DNA of 64,000 bases from NCBI GenBank assembly GCA_044220955.1, contig JBGAQA010000005.1, positions 41,897 through 105,896 of the forward strand, read 5' to 3'. The notes beneath the pieces were generated by a model that saw nothing but the letters and a program-made list of their open reading frames with translations, was not told where the DNA came from and searched no databases. Origin of the DNA: Sandaracinaceae bacterium. Its GTDB lineage: Bacteria > Myxococcota_A > Polyangia > Polyangiales > Sandaracinaceae. The translations under genes were made by a program, and so were the position numbers. This document shows, one piece after another, positions 9,860-19,467 of the stretch. Position 1 is the first letter of the stretch. Each line of letters starts with the position of its first letter.

Positions 9860-10753
9860 TCAGCGCGCGGCGAGCCCGGCGCGGCTCAGCCGCTCGATCA
9901 CGTCCGCGAGCCGGGCCGCCGGCACGCTGACGCGGGTGGGCATCCCGCCCTGCAGCTCGAGCATGCGGAGCAGATCGATCCCCGAGTCGAAGCGCGCGGC
10001 CAGCGTGATCGTCGAGTCGTCGTGAACGAGAGCGACCCGGGCGCGCTCCTGCCCGAGGAGGAGCAGCACCGTCTTGTCGTAGGTGAGCGTGTTCCCTCGG
10101 ACGTCGCAGATCGCCGTGTCGCCGCGCAGCTCGTAGCGCTTCGCGAGCGTTCGCGCGTTGTCCTCCATCACGCGCACGGCGTCGGCGATCGTCTCGAGCT
10201 CACGGAAGAGCGTCGCGTCCTCGGCGCCAGTCGCGAAGTAGCGCACGACCAGGCCCTTGAGCGCGTCGTCGTGCATCCGCGCGCGCAACGCGCGATCGAT
10301 CACCTGGGCCCGCGGGCTCGGCGTCCCCATGCGCGTGTCGATGGCGCGCGCGTCGGCGTCGGCCCCTTCGTAGGGCTCGCGACCGCCGCGCACCCACTTC
10401 GCCGCCGACGCGAGTCCGTCGAAGTCGCCGTGACAGAGGATCGTGTCGACCTCACCGGCCCGCAGGACGAGCGCCTCGTCGATCATCTCCGGGCAGGCGC
10501 CGTGCTCCGCCTTCGTCGCGAGCACGAAGCGCGGGTCCTTCGAGTACGTGGCGTGCAGCGCGTGGTCGTGGTGGTCGACCCACATCGCGAGGCGCGCTCC
10601 GAGCCCGTCGATCAGCTTCTTGGTGACCTTCTCGAAGCTCGTGCCGGTTCCCTCTGCGGCGAATGCGATGTCGAGCACCACGACGCGCCCCCCGAGCTCG
10701 TTCGCTCGAGGGAGCTTGCGGGGCGTTCCGAACGCGAGCCGGGGAAAGCGCAT
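9860..10753 (-). CDS. DHH-family phosphoesterase-like protein
   Basis: WVDHH (DHH at aa 60-62), CHGDFDG (aa 107-113), C-terminal GGMPTRVS resembling the DHHA1 end. Confidence 0.6.
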   Translation of the reverse strand: MRFPRLAFGTPRKLPRANELGGRVVVLDIAFAAEGTGTSFEKVTKKLIDGLGARLAMWVDHHDHALHATYSKDPRFVLATKAEHGACPEMIDEALVLRAGEVDTILCHGDFDGLASAAKWVRGGREPYEGADADARAIDTRMGTPSPRAQVIDRALRARMHDDALKGLVVRYFATGAEDATLFRELETIADAVRVMEDNARTLAKRYELRGDTAICDVRGNTLTYDKTVLLLLGQERARVALVHDDSTITLAARFDSGIDLLRMLELQGGMPTRVSVPAARLADVIERLSRAGLAAR

Positions 10754-10845
10754 GACGCGTCACTGTCGGACGGGCGCGCAGCACGCGCAACCGCTCGTTT
10801 CGCCTCGTGTGACGTGTTAGGCCTGGCGCCCTCAGGAGGGTGGAC

Positions 10846-13053
10846 ATGGCCCATCGCTTTCGTTTCGTGCGTGCCGGCGGCTTCGATCAGGTCGTGATCG
10901 ACTCGGGGGCCGATCTCGAGGCGCTCGGCTCGCTCGACCAGAAGCTCTGGGTCGCGCTCGCGTGTCCGATTCAGGGCGTGGAGTTCGACGCGCGGACGCT
11001 GGCGCTGCTGGACACGGACAAGGACGGTCGCATCCGCGCGCCGGAGCTGCTCGCCGCCGTGAAGTGGGCGTGCGAGGTCACGGCGGATCCGGACGATCTG
11101 ACCCAGGGTCAGGACGGGATGAAGCTCGCGTCGATCGACACGGACGCCCCGGAGGGCAAGCTGCTGCTCGCGACGGCCAAGACGCTGCTCCAGAGCATCG
11201 GCAAGGGCGACGCGAAGAAGATCAGCGTCGCGGAGGTCAGCAAGGCTGTCGCCGGCTTCGACGAGCAGGCGTTCAACGGCGACGGCGTGGTCCCGGAGCA
11301 CGCGGCCGACGCCGACGCCGCGAAGGCGCAGATCAAGGACGTGCTCGCCTGCACGACGAGCCCCGCCAAGGACCGCAGCGGTGACCCGGGCGTGACGCAG
11401 GCGTCGCTCGACGCGTTCTTCGCGGAGGTGGACGCGCACGAAGCCTGGGTCGCGAAGGGCGAGGATGCCGCCCTGCGCCCGCTCGGCGACGACACGGCGG
11501 CCGCGTTCGCGGCACTGAGCGCCGTCCAGAAGAAGATCGACGACTACTTCGCGCGGGTGAACGTGGCCTCGTACGACCCGCGCGCGCTCGCCGCGATCAA
11601 CGGCGAGGAGAAGCTGTACCTCGAGCTCGCGGCGAAGGATCTCGACGTCACGGCGGCCGAGATCGAGCGGATGCCGATCGCGCAGGTCGCCGCGGACAAG
11701 CCGCTGCCGCTCGTGAAGGGCGTGAGCCCGGCCTGGACGGCGCGGCTCGCGGACTTCCGCGCGAAGGTCGTGCGACCGAAGCTCGGCGAGAAGGACACGC
11801 TCACCGAGTCGGACTGGAGGACGCTCAAGAGCATCTTCGCCGAGCACGCGACGTGGGCGGCGGCCAAGGGTGGAGCGTCGGTCGAGAAGCTGGGCGCCGC
11901 GCGAATCGCCGCGCTCGCCGCGCCCGAGGTGCGCGCGAGCCTGGCCGGGCTCGTGGCGAAGGACGAGGCGAAGAGGGAGGAGGCCAAGGCGATCGAGTCG
12001 GTCGAGAAGCTGGTGCGCCTGCACCGCGACCTCATCGGCCTCGTGAACAACTTCGTCTGCTTCCGCGACTTCTACTCGCGCAAGGGCCCGGCGATGTTCC
12101 AGGTCGGCACGCTCTACCTCGATCAGCGCGCGTGCGAGCTCGTGGTCCGCGTGAACGACGCCGGTCGCCACGCGTCGATGGCGCCGCTCGCGAACAGCTA
12201 CCTCGTGTACTGCGACTGCAAGAACGCCAAGGGCGAGACCATGCAGATCGCGGCCGCGATGACCGCGGGCGACGTCGACAACCTCATGGTCGGCCGCAAC
12301 GGCCTCTTCTACGATCGCAAGGGCGTCGACTGGGACGCGACCGTGACCAAGATCGTCGACAACCCGATCAGCGTCCGGCAGGCCTTCTGGTCGCCCTACA
12401 AGAAGGTGCTCCGGATGATCGAGGAGCGGATCGCCAAGCGCGCGAGCGACGAGGCGGCGGCGCAGGACGCCGCGCTCACCGCGAGCGTCGATCACGCGCA
12501 GACGTCGGTGGCGACCGGTCCCGGCGCGGCCGTGACGCCGCCACCGGCCCCGCGCGGCTTCGACATCGGCACCGTCGCCGCTCTCGGCGTCGCGGTCGGC
12601 GGCATCACGGCCGCGCTCGGCGCGCTGCTCCAGGCGTTCTTCGGGCTCGGCATCTGGATGCCGCTCGGCGTCGTGGGCCTGATCCTGTGCATCAGCGGTC
12701 CCTCGATGGCGATCGCGTGGCTGAAGCTTCGCCGCCGGAACCTCGGCCCGATCCTCGACGCGAACGGCTGGGCGGTGAACGCGCAGGCGAAGATCAACGT
12801 ACCGCTCGGCGCGTCGCTCACCGCCGAGGCGAAGCTGCCCGAGGGCAGCGAGCGCTCGCTCCACGATCCCTTCGCCGAGAAGCAGCCGCCCTGGGGCTGG
12901 TACCTGTTCGTGACGATCGTCGTCGTCGTCGGCTGTGCCTGGCTGACGGGCCACTGCGACTGGATGCTCCCCGAGGCCGCGCGGAGCAGCACCGTGTTGC
13001 ACGCCGAGGCGCCCGACGACGCCTCACCGGCACCCGGGCCCGCGGCCCCGTAG
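10846..13053 (+). CDS. Large conserved hypothetical membrane protein with EF-hand-like loop
   Basis: AGGAGG RBS upstream; strong codon bias; DTDKDGRI loop; helical middle region; C-terminal TM segments and RNLGPILDANGWAVN. Confidence 0.75.
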   Translation: MAHRFRFVRAGGFDQVVIDSGADLEALGSLDQKLWVALACPIQGVEFDARTLALLDTDKDGRIRAPELLAAVKWACEVTADPDDLTQGQDGMKLASIDTDAPEGKLLLATAKTLLQSIGKGDAKKISVAEVSKAVAGFDEQAFNGDGVVPEHAADADAAKAQIKDVLACTTSPAKDRSGDPGVTQASLDAFFAEVDAHEAWVAKGEDAALRPLGDDTAAAFAALSAVQKKIDDYFARVNVASYDPRALAAINGEEKLYLELAAKDLDVTAAEIERMPIAQVAADKPLPLVKGVSPAWTARLADFRAKVVRPKLGEKDTLTESDWRTLKSIFAEHATWAAAKGGASVEKLGAARIAALAAPEVRASLAGLVAKDEAKREEAKAIESVEKLVRLHRDLIGLVNNFVCFRDFYSRKGPAMFQVGTLYLDQRACELVVRVNDAGRHASMAPLANSYLVYCDCKNAKGETMQIAAAMTAGDVDNLMVGRNGLFYDRKGVDWDATVTKIVDNPISVRQAFWSPYKKVLRMIEERIAKRASDEAAAQDAALTASVDHAQTSVATGPGAAVTPPPAPRGFDIGTVAALGVAVGGITAALGALLQAFFGLGIWMPLGVVGLILCISGPSMAIAWLKLRRRNLGPILDANGWAVNAQAKINVPLGASLTAEAKLPEGSERSLHDPFAEKQPPWGWYLFVTIVVVVGCAWLTGHCDWMLPEAARSSTVLHAEAPDDASPAPGPAAP

Positions 13054-13091
13054 CTCGCCGTTCGATCGGACGCGGCCGCTCGAGCCGGCCC

Positions 13092-14267
13092 TCACTCGGC
13101 GGCGTCGCGCTTGTCGCTCGCTGGCGCCGCCACTTCCTCCGGCTTGCTGGGCCCGGCGGGCGGCGCAGACACGCGCGCTGCGAGCAGCGTTCCGCCCGCG
13201 GAGCGCTCGGCGGCGGTCAGCCAGCCCCACTCGAGCCGCTTCTTCTCGACCCACTCCTGCGAGCTCAGGAGAACGGCGAGCCCGCGCGTCTCCTCCGAGA
13301 TCGCCAGCGCGCTCCGCAGGAGCATCGTCAGCGGCACGGCGAAGAGCGCGCCGAGGGGGCCCCAGAGCCAGCCCCAGAAGAGCATCGAGACGAAGACGAC
13401 GAGCGTCGAGAGGCCGAGCGCCACGCCCATCATGCGCGGCTCGAAGAAGTTCCCGATCACGAAGTTCACGGCCAGGAACCCGATCGCGGCGGCTGCGGCG
13501 GCGCCCGGCCCGAGCGTGAGCAGCGCGACGAGCACCGGCGGGATCCCGGCGATCGCCGCGCCCACCGACGGGATGTAGTTCAAGAGGAACGTGAGCAGTC
13601 CCCAGAGGAGCGGGAAGTCCACGCCCACGATCGCCAGCCAGACGCCGCAGAGCGTCCCCGTGATCGCCGAGAGGTAGGTCTTCACGACGAGGTAGCGCTG
13701 CAGCTGCCCCGCGGCGTCGGCGAGCTCGTGCAGGTCGGCGTGCGGGCCGCCGAGCAGCACGCGGAGCTTGTGCGCACCCGGGGCGATCTCGAAGAGCATG
13801 AACACGACCAAGAGCATCACGAGCACGATGCTCGACACGAGGCTCGTCAGCTCCCGGAAGAGGTCCGCGACGAGCGTCATGATCCAGCCCGGATCGCCGA
13901 GTCCGGCGAAGTCGCCGCGGTCCACGGGGACACCGCGCGCGAAGAGGAAGTCGACCGTGCTCGACACGAGCTGCCCGATCGCCATGCGGTAGCGAGGAAG
14001 CGCCTCGTTGAAGCCCGAGAGCGACGCGGACACGAGGGCGATCACACCCGCGAGCACCGCGACGTCGAGGAGCACGGTGAGCGAGATCGCGAGCACGCGC
14101 GGCACGCGCACCCTCTCGAGCAAGAGCATCACCGGCATCGACACGACGGCGATGAAGAGCCCCGAGAGCAGCGGCAGGAAGAGCGCGCTCGACTCCCGGA
14201 GGCCCGCGACGACCACGAAGAGCCCCGCCAGCGCGAGCACCGTCCGGAGGCCGACGTCGAAGCGCAT
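13092..14267 (-). CDS. AI-2E family transporter
   Basis: Multi-TM; YLVVKT, LNYIPSVG, EPRMMG, FWGWLWGPLGALFAVPLT. Confidence 0.92.
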   Translation of the reverse strand: MRFDVGLRTVLALAGLFVVVAGLRESSALFLPLLSGLFIAVVSMPVMLLLERVRVPRVLAISLTVLLDVAVLAGVIALVSASLSGFNEALPRYRMAIGQLVSSTVDFLFARGVPVDRGDFAGLGDPGWIMTLVADLFRELTSLVSSIVLVMLLVVFMLFEIAPGAHKLRVLLGGPHADLHELADAAGQLQRYLVVKTYLSAITGTLCGVWLAIVGVDFPLLWGLLTFLLNYIPSVGAAIAGIPPVLVALLTLGPGAAAAAAIGFLAVNFVIGNFFEPRMMGVALGLSTLVVFVSMLFWGWLWGPLGALFAVPLTMLLRSALAISEETRGLAVLLSSQEWVEKKRLEWGWLTAAERSAGGTLLAARVSAPPAGPSKPEEVAAPASDKRDAAE

Positions 14268-14321
14268 CGATCGGAAACTTACCCCGAAACGGCCACGGGG
14301 TCAGGAAGGCGGCCCACGGGC

Positions 14322-15365
14322 TCAGCCGCCGTGCTCCGCGAGCATCTTCTCCGCGAGGGCCACGTCGTCGGCGCTGCCGATGAAGAGGGGCACGCGCTGG
14401 TGCAAGCTCGTCGGCTCGACGTCCAGGATGCGCTTGTGCCCGGTGCTCGCCGCACCGCCCGCGGCCTCGGCGATGAACGCCATCGGGGAGGCCTCGTAGA
14501 GCAGGCGGAGCTTGCCCTCGGGCGCGCCCTTGTCGCCGGGGTAGGCGAACACGCCGCCGCGCAGCAGCGTGCGGTGGAAGTCGGCCACGAGGGTGCCGAC
14601 GTAGCGCAGACCGTAGGGCTTGCCGCCGGGCGCTTCCTTGGTCTTGAGACGATCGATCCAGGCCTTGACGCCGGGCGTCCACTTGCCCGTGTTGCCCTCG
14701 TTGATCGAGTACGTGCTCGCCTGCCTCGGGATCCGGATGTTCTCGTGCGAGAGGAAGAACTCGCCGATCAGAGGATCGAGCGTGAAGCCGTGGACGCCGT
14801 CGCCCGTCGTGTAGACGAGCATCGTGCTCGAGCCGTAGATCACGTAGCCGGCGGCGACCTGCTTGTAGCCGGGCTGCAGGCAGTCGGCCGTCGTGCCCGG
14901 CCCGCTCTCGCCGAGGCGGCGGTGGATCGAGAAGATCGTCCCGATGGAGATGTTCACGTCGATGTTCGAGCTCCCGTCGAGCGGGTCGAACATCAGCACG
15001 TACTTGCCGTGGGGGTACTGGGGCGGGATCGGGATGATGTCCTCGTCCTCCTCGCTCGCCATCACGCAGACGTGGCCACCCGCCTCGACACAGCGCACGA
15101 GGACACGGTTCGCCAGCTCGTCGAGCTTCTGGACGGTCTCTCCCTGGACGTTCACGGCCCCCGTCGCGCCGAGCACGTCGGCGAGGCCTGCCTTCTGCAC
15201 CTTGCTGGCGATCACACGGCAGGCGAGCGCGACGCTCTGGAACAGGCCGGTGAAGTCGCCCGTCGCGCCGGTGGTGCGGCGCTGCCGCTCGAGGATGTGG
15301 CGATCGAGCGTCCAGCCGAGCTCGTCGGCGGAGGCGGGACCGATGGAGACGCGGGGCTCGTTCAT
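14322..15365 (-). CDS. fbp: Class 1 fructose-1,6-bisphosphatase
   Basis: NVQGETVQKLD, SEE, FDPLDGSSNIDVN, RYVGTLVADFHRTL, GKLRLLYEA. Confidence 0.97.
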   Translation of the reverse strand: MNEPRVSIGPASADELGWTLDRHILERQRRTTGATGDFTGLFQSVALACRVIASKVQKAGLADVLGATGAVNVQGETVQKLDELANRVLVRCVEAGGHVCVMASEEDEDIIPIPPQYPHGKYVLMFDPLDGSSNIDVNISIGTIFSIHRRLGESGPGTTADCLQPGYKQVAAGYVIYGSSTMLVYTTGDGVHGFTLDPLIGEFFLSHENIRIPRQASTYSINEGNTGKWTPGVKAWIDRLKTKEAPGGKPYGLRYVGTLVADFHRTLLRGGVFAYPGDKGAPEGKLRLLYEASPMAFIAEAAGGAASTGHKRILDVEPTSLHQRVPLFIGSADDVALAEKMLAEHGG

Positions 15366-15397
15366 CGCTCGTTCCTCTCTGCTTCTCTTCTCTGGGT

Positions 15398-15892
15398 CTA
15401 CTTCTTGCGCGCCGCGCGCGTGGCGGCTGGCGACGGCGCGGCCTCGGTGTCGTCCATCTCCACCTGCACGCGCGACCTGGGCGGCGCCTTCTTCGACGCC
15501 TTCTCTCCCTCGTCGTGATCGAGCTCGACGAGCGCGCCGTAGATGCCGCCGATCGCCGCGAGATACAGCGGGGGAAGCGAGGTCCACGGCACGGCGTGCT
15601 CGGCGCCGGGCCACGGGATCGAGACGGCGCCGTAGCTCGCCCCGAGCCAGTAGAGCAGCGCGGCGACGCAGAGGCCGACCAGCCCCTTGATCGACGCCTC
15701 GATCCACGCGCCCTCCCTCCACGGGGCGCGTCCCGCGAAGATGCCGGTCGTCCCGCCGACCCCCAGCGCCAGAAGATAGGCGAGCAGCCCTCCCGAGGGC
15801 GTCTCCCAGCGCGCGCCGAACATGACGCCGGCTCCGATGGCCGCACCGACGACGAGGCCCTTCAGGAAGCCGATGCCGAGGCGCTTTCCCAC
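15398..15892 (-). CDS. Hypothetical membrane protein (about 4 TM)
   Basis: Hydrophobic helices, coding-like GC3 bias, co-oriented upstream of fbp. Confidence 0.7.
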   Translation of the reverse strand: MGKRLGIGFLKGLVVGAAIGAGVMFGARWETPSGGLLAYLLALGVGGTTGIFAGRAPWREGAWIEASIKGLVGLCVAALLYWLGASYGAVSIPWPGAEHAVPWTSLPPLYLAAIGGIYGALVELDHDEGEKASKKAPPRSRVQVEMDDTEAAPSPAATRAARKK

Positions 15893-15940
15893 GCGATGGC
15901 GAACCTACACCGCAGCGGCCCTTGGGGCTACGCTCGGAGG

Positions 15941-16348
15941 ATGGGCCCGCGCGCAGGCTGGTCGATCGCGCTCGTCCTGGTGTTCGCCGCCTGTGACGCG
16001 GTGTCGGTGACCGGGGCGTGGTGCCAGTACCCCGCCGACTGCCACCGGCCCAACGACTGCAGCTACCACCGCTGCCGGCCGCGCTGCGTGGCGGGCGCGG
16101 ACTGCCCGGGGACGCACCTGTGCCTCGCGGGGCACTGCGCCGTCGAGCAGGACCGAGGCTGCGCCGCCGTCGCCGGGCGGGAGTGCACGAGCCCGCTCGT
16201 CTGCGCTGAGGACCGATGCACCCTGCGCTGCACCGGCTCGTGCATGGGCGACGCGCTCTGCCGACCCGCGAGCGATCAGCCCTTCGACGTGTGCGTGGAC
16301 CCGTCGCAGCCCGTTCCGGACGCCGGCAACGGGCTCGACGCGCGATGA
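15941..16348 (+). CDS. Small Cys-rich lipoprotein
   Basis: Lipobox FAAC followed by dense Cys repeats. Confidence 0.65.
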   Translation: MGPRAGWSIALVLVFAACDAVSVTGAWCQYPADCHRPNDCSYHRCRPRCVAGADCPGTHLCLAGHCAVEQDRGCAAVAGRECTSPLVCAEDRCTLRCTGSCMGDALCRPASDQPFDVCVDPSQPVPDAGNGLDAR

Positions 16349-16386
16349 GACCGATGAGCACGCCCCGGCGAGGACGAGGGCGCAAG

Positions 16387-16586
16387 GCGCGTCCTTACCA
16401 TCGTGGCCGGTGGTCGAGGAAAGAACCCCAGATGCCTATCGAGGTGGGCGCCCGGTATCGCTCGCTTCTAGCACCCCAGTGAAGAACGCTGGGTCCGCAC
16501 ACCACGAGCGAGAAAGGCTCCCTAGGATCCAAGGTCGTTCGGGATTCTTCACCGTGGACCGGATCGAACCCGACAGAGGAACGCGC
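16387..16586 (-). ncRNA. ssrS: 6S RNA
   Basis: 200-nt lower-GC intergenic rod: terminal GCGCGUUCCU/AGGACGCGC, CCGGU/ACCGG, GAAGAAUCCC/GGGGUUCUUU, central bubble, GGGAGCC/GGCGCCC stem with GCGCCCACCU motif, apical CCCAG/CUGGG. Confidence 0.85.
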
Positions 16587-16593
16587 AACCCTG

Positions 16594-16622
16594 ACGCTAG
16601 GGACTCCGCGCGATCGGGTCAA
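16594..16622 (-). promoter_or_regulatory. Sigma70-type promoter of the 6S RNA
   Basis: TTGACC (16622-16617), 17-bp spacer, TAGCGT (16599-16594); predicted RNA 5' end lies 7-8 nt downstream. Confidence 0.8.
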
Positions 16623-16722
16623 TAGCGATCGGCGCGTTTTCGCTCCCGCGGCGTTCCGTATTCGCGCCCTCCCGGACCCGGGCACCTGGACGCAGGCTGC
16701 TGGTCAGACAGGAGCTCACGTC

Positions 16723-17280
16723 ATGGCACTCACCAAGTTCGACTTCGACAACGGTCACTCGAGCGTCGCGTTCGTCGCGCGCCACCTGATGTTCACCAAG
16801 GTCCGCGGGACCTTCTCCAAGTGGGGCGGCTCGCTCGAGCTCGACCTCGCCGACCTCAGCCGCTCGAGGGTCGAAGTGCAGATCGAGACGGGCAGCGTCG
16901 ACACCCACGAGGAGAAGCGTGACGCGCACCTGCGCTCGCCCGACTTCTTCGCGAGCGACGAGTTCCCGAGGATGACGTTCAAGAGCAAGCGCATCGACAA
17001 GAGCGGCAGCGCCTACCGGTTGATCGGCGATCTCACGATCCGCGGCGTCACCAAGGAGGTCGTGCTGGACACGGTCTTCGAGGGCGCCTCGAAGGACCCC
17101 TGGGGCAACGAGCGCGTCGCCTTCTCGGCATCGACGAGCGTTCAGCGCAAGGACTGGGGGCTCAGCTGGAACGTGGCCCTCGAAGCGGGCGGCGTGCTCG
17201 TGGGCGAGACGGTCGAGATCGTGCTCGACCTCCAGGCGATCCAGCGGCGCGCGGAAGCCGGCGCCAGCGCGAGCGCGTGA
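16723..17280 (+). CDS. YceI family polyisoprenoid-binding protein
   Basis: DNGHSSVAF.ARHLM..KVRGTF, RDAHLRSPDFF, GDLTIRGVTK, DPWGN; AGGAG RBS. Confidence 0.95.
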   Translation: MALTKFDFDNGHSSVAFVARHLMFTKVRGTFSKWGGSLELDLADLSRSRVEVQIETGSVDTHEEKRDAHLRSPDFFASDEFPRMTFKSKRIDKSGSAYRLIGDLTIRGVTKEVVLDTVFEGASKDPWGNERVAFSASTSVQRKDWGLSWNVALEAGGVLVGETVEIVLDLQAIQRRAEAGASASA

Positions 17281-17325
17281 GAGACGGCGAGCGCTGCGCG
17301 GCGCGTGCGTGCTAGGCCTCGCGAC

Positions 17326-17697
17326 GTGGATCGCTGCTCACACTGCCAGTCCCCGCTCGAGTGGTCGGCCGAGCGCGCGCATGCGCGCTGCACCGGCTGC
17401 GCAGGGCTCTACACCGCCGACATGACCCCGGTTCGCCTCGAGGCCCCCGGCGGCGGGTTCGACGCGGAGTTCCAGGCGATGTTCGAGCAGCAGCTCGGGT
17501 TCGCGCCTCGGATCGTCCCGAACCGCCCGCCGGCCTACTGGGGCGGCGGCGCCGGGGCACGGAGCGCTCCGATGCAGGCGCCGCCGAACCCGATCGCCCG
17601 CATGATGACCATCGGGATCTCGCTCTTCGTCCTGACGATCCTCGGGATGGTCGCGCTCTACGTCGGGTGGGTCCTCTACACGTCGATCCCACACTGA
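17326..17697 (+). CDS. Hypothetical zinc-ribbon protein with C-terminal TM
   Basis: CSHC...CTGC at the N-terminus; one C-terminal TM helix. Confidence 0.6.
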   Translation: MDRCSHCQSPLEWSAERAHARCTGCAGLYTADMTPVRLEAPGGGFDAEFQAMFEQQLGFAPRIVPNRPPAYWGGGAGARSAPMQAPPNPIARMMTIGISLFVLTILGMVALYVGWVLYTSIPH

Positions 17698-17760
17698 TTG
17701 CGGGGCGGAGGCGCCCGGCTCGCGCCCGCGGGTCCGACGGCCCGCGAGCGTCAAGCTCGC

Positions 17761-18351
17761 TCATCGCGGGGCGCGCTGCATGCACCAGAGCGGCGGGGCG
17801 TCCTTCACGCGCACCTCGCGAGTGACCTCGAAGCCGAAGCGCCGGTAGTAGGTGAGGTTCGATTCCTTGGCGGTCTCGAGGTACGCAGGCTTCTTCTCGG
17901 CGTCGGCCCTCGCGAGCGTCGGCTCGAGCAGCAGCTTGCTGAGGCCCTTACCCTGCGAGGGTGGGTCGACGCCGAGCACGCCGAGGTAGTAGTGCGGTTC
18001 CTTCGCGTGCGCGCGCTCCATCTCCGTGAAGAGCGGTAGCGCCGTGAGCAGGCGCGTGCCGAGCGCGATGCCGATCGACGGGGCGACCGCGATCGACGAG
18101 AAGAAGCGCGTGGTCGACACGCCAGGCGGCAGCCAGAGCGCCGCTCCCGCGTGATCGGGCAGGCGCACGCTCGCCCCGATCGGCAGGAACACGTGGCGCG
18201 CGAGCCCACCGAACAACGTCGCGAGCGCGCGCGGCCGGTCCACGTCCGACGGAAGGATCCATCGGAACATCGGGTCGTCGTCGAACGCCCGAGCGAGCAT
18301 CGGACCCAGGCGCGACGCCTCGCTCGGGATCGCGCGTTCGGCGTGCGTCAC
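17761..18351 (-). CDS. GNAT family N-acetyltransferase
   Basis: AFDDDP, HYYLGVLGVDPPSQGKG, YLET, NLTYYRRFGF; GTG start overlaps the mbnH stop. Confidence 0.9.
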   Translation of the reverse strand: MTHAERAIPSEASRLGPMLARAFDDDPMFRWILPSDVDRPRALATLFGGLARHVFLPIGASVRLPDHAGAALWLPPGVSTTRFFSSIAVAPSIGIALGTRLLTALPLFTEMERAHAKEPHYYLGVLGVDPPSQGKGLSKLLLEPTLARADAEKKPAYLETAKESNLTYYRRFGFEVTREVRVKDAPPLWCMQRAPR

Positions 18352-19466
18352 CGGAAGGGATCCCCGTAGCGAGGGTCGGTCCGAAGCGACTCGTCGGTCA
18401 GGCTCTCGAGGAAGGCGATCACGTCGGCGCGCTCCTCGGCGGTGAGCGTGAAGCCGTGCACGAAGATGCTCCGGAGCGGGCTCTCGGAACCGACGCCGGC
18501 GTTCGGTCCGGAGCGGATCGTGCGCCCCCCCGCGGCGTAGTGATCGAGCACGTCGTCGAGCGTCGCGGCGCTGCCGTCGTGGAAATAGGGCGCGGTGAGC
18601 GCGACGTTGCGGAGCGTCGGCGCGCGGAAGGCGCCCATGTCGCGCGGGTCGTGGCTGATCTCGTACACGCCGCGGTTCGGCGCCGGATATCCGCCGCGTC
18701 CATCGACGTTGTAGAGGCCCGTGTTGTGGAACTGCACCATCGGGATGACGGTGCCGCCGTGCATCACGCCGTCGGTGAAGTTGAAACCCCCGTGGCAGTG
18801 GAAGCAGTCGAGGCGCTCGCCGTAGAAGAGCGCCTGCCCACGAAGCGCGGACTCGCTCATCGCGCCCGTGTCGTGCCGGTACGTGTACCGGTCGTAGGGC
18901 GAGTCGCCGCTCAAGATCGTGCGCTCGAAGCAGGCGACGGCGCGCACGATGTTCGCGACCGTGATCGGGCTCGCCTCGCCAGGAAACGACGCGGCGAACA
19001 TCGGCGGGTACATCGGATCGGCCGCGATGCGTCGGACGAGCGCGTCCTCCATGCCCGCCAGACCCAGCTCGACGGCGTTCGGGTGCGCGCCGAACATCGG
19101 CACCAGCGCTTGGTCCTCGAGGCTCACGAGGCTCGTGTTCGCCCACGTCTGGACGGGGTTGTACGCGACGTTGACGATCGACATCGCGCCGCGCGGCGTC
19201 AGGTCACCGGTGGAGCCGACCGACACGGGTAGCGCGTCCGTGAACGCGTTCGCCTGCTCGTGGCAGGACCCACAGGAGTAGGTGCCGTTGCCCGACATGC
19301 GCGTGTCGTAGAAGAGGTAGCGACCGAGCTCCACCTTCTCGTCGCTCATCGGGTTGTCGGCCGGGACGACGGGCGTCGGAAAGCCGGGCGGCAGATCCCA
19401 GACGTACGAAGGCGACGCCGGCGCGCACGCGGCGAGCAGGAGCGTCGCGGCGAGGAGCCCACGCAC
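18348..19466 (-). CDS. mbnH: MbnH-family di-heme enzyme (bCcP/MauG superfamily)
   Basis: PADNPMSDEKVELGRYLFYD, CGSCH, CFHCHGGFNF, FRAPTLRNVALTAPYFHDGS; directly downstream of mbnP. Confidence 0.9.
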   Translation of the reverse strand: MRGLLAATLLLAACAPASPSYVWDLPPGFPTPVVPADNPMSDEKVELGRYLFYDTRMSGNGTYSCGSCHEQANAFTDALPVSVGSTGDLTPRGAMSIVNVAYNPVQTWANTSLVSLEDQALVPMFGAHPNAVELGLAGMEDALVRRIAADPMYPPMFAASFPGEASPITVANIVRAVACFERTILSGDSPYDRYTYRHDTGAMSESALRGQALFYGERLDCFHCHGGFNFTDGVMHGGTVIPMVQFHNTGLYNVDGRGGYPAPNRGVYEISHDPRDMGAFRAPTLRNVALTAPYFHDGSAATLDDVLDHYAAGGRTIRSGPNAGVGSESPLRSIFVHGFTLTAEERADVIAFLESLTDESLRTDPRYGDPFR

Positions 19467-19467
19467 G

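Noticed and set aside
16395..16685. Small ORFs 16395-16685 (-) and 16410-16625 (+)
   Set aside because: No coding bias or motifs; the region is explained by the 6S RNA and its promoter
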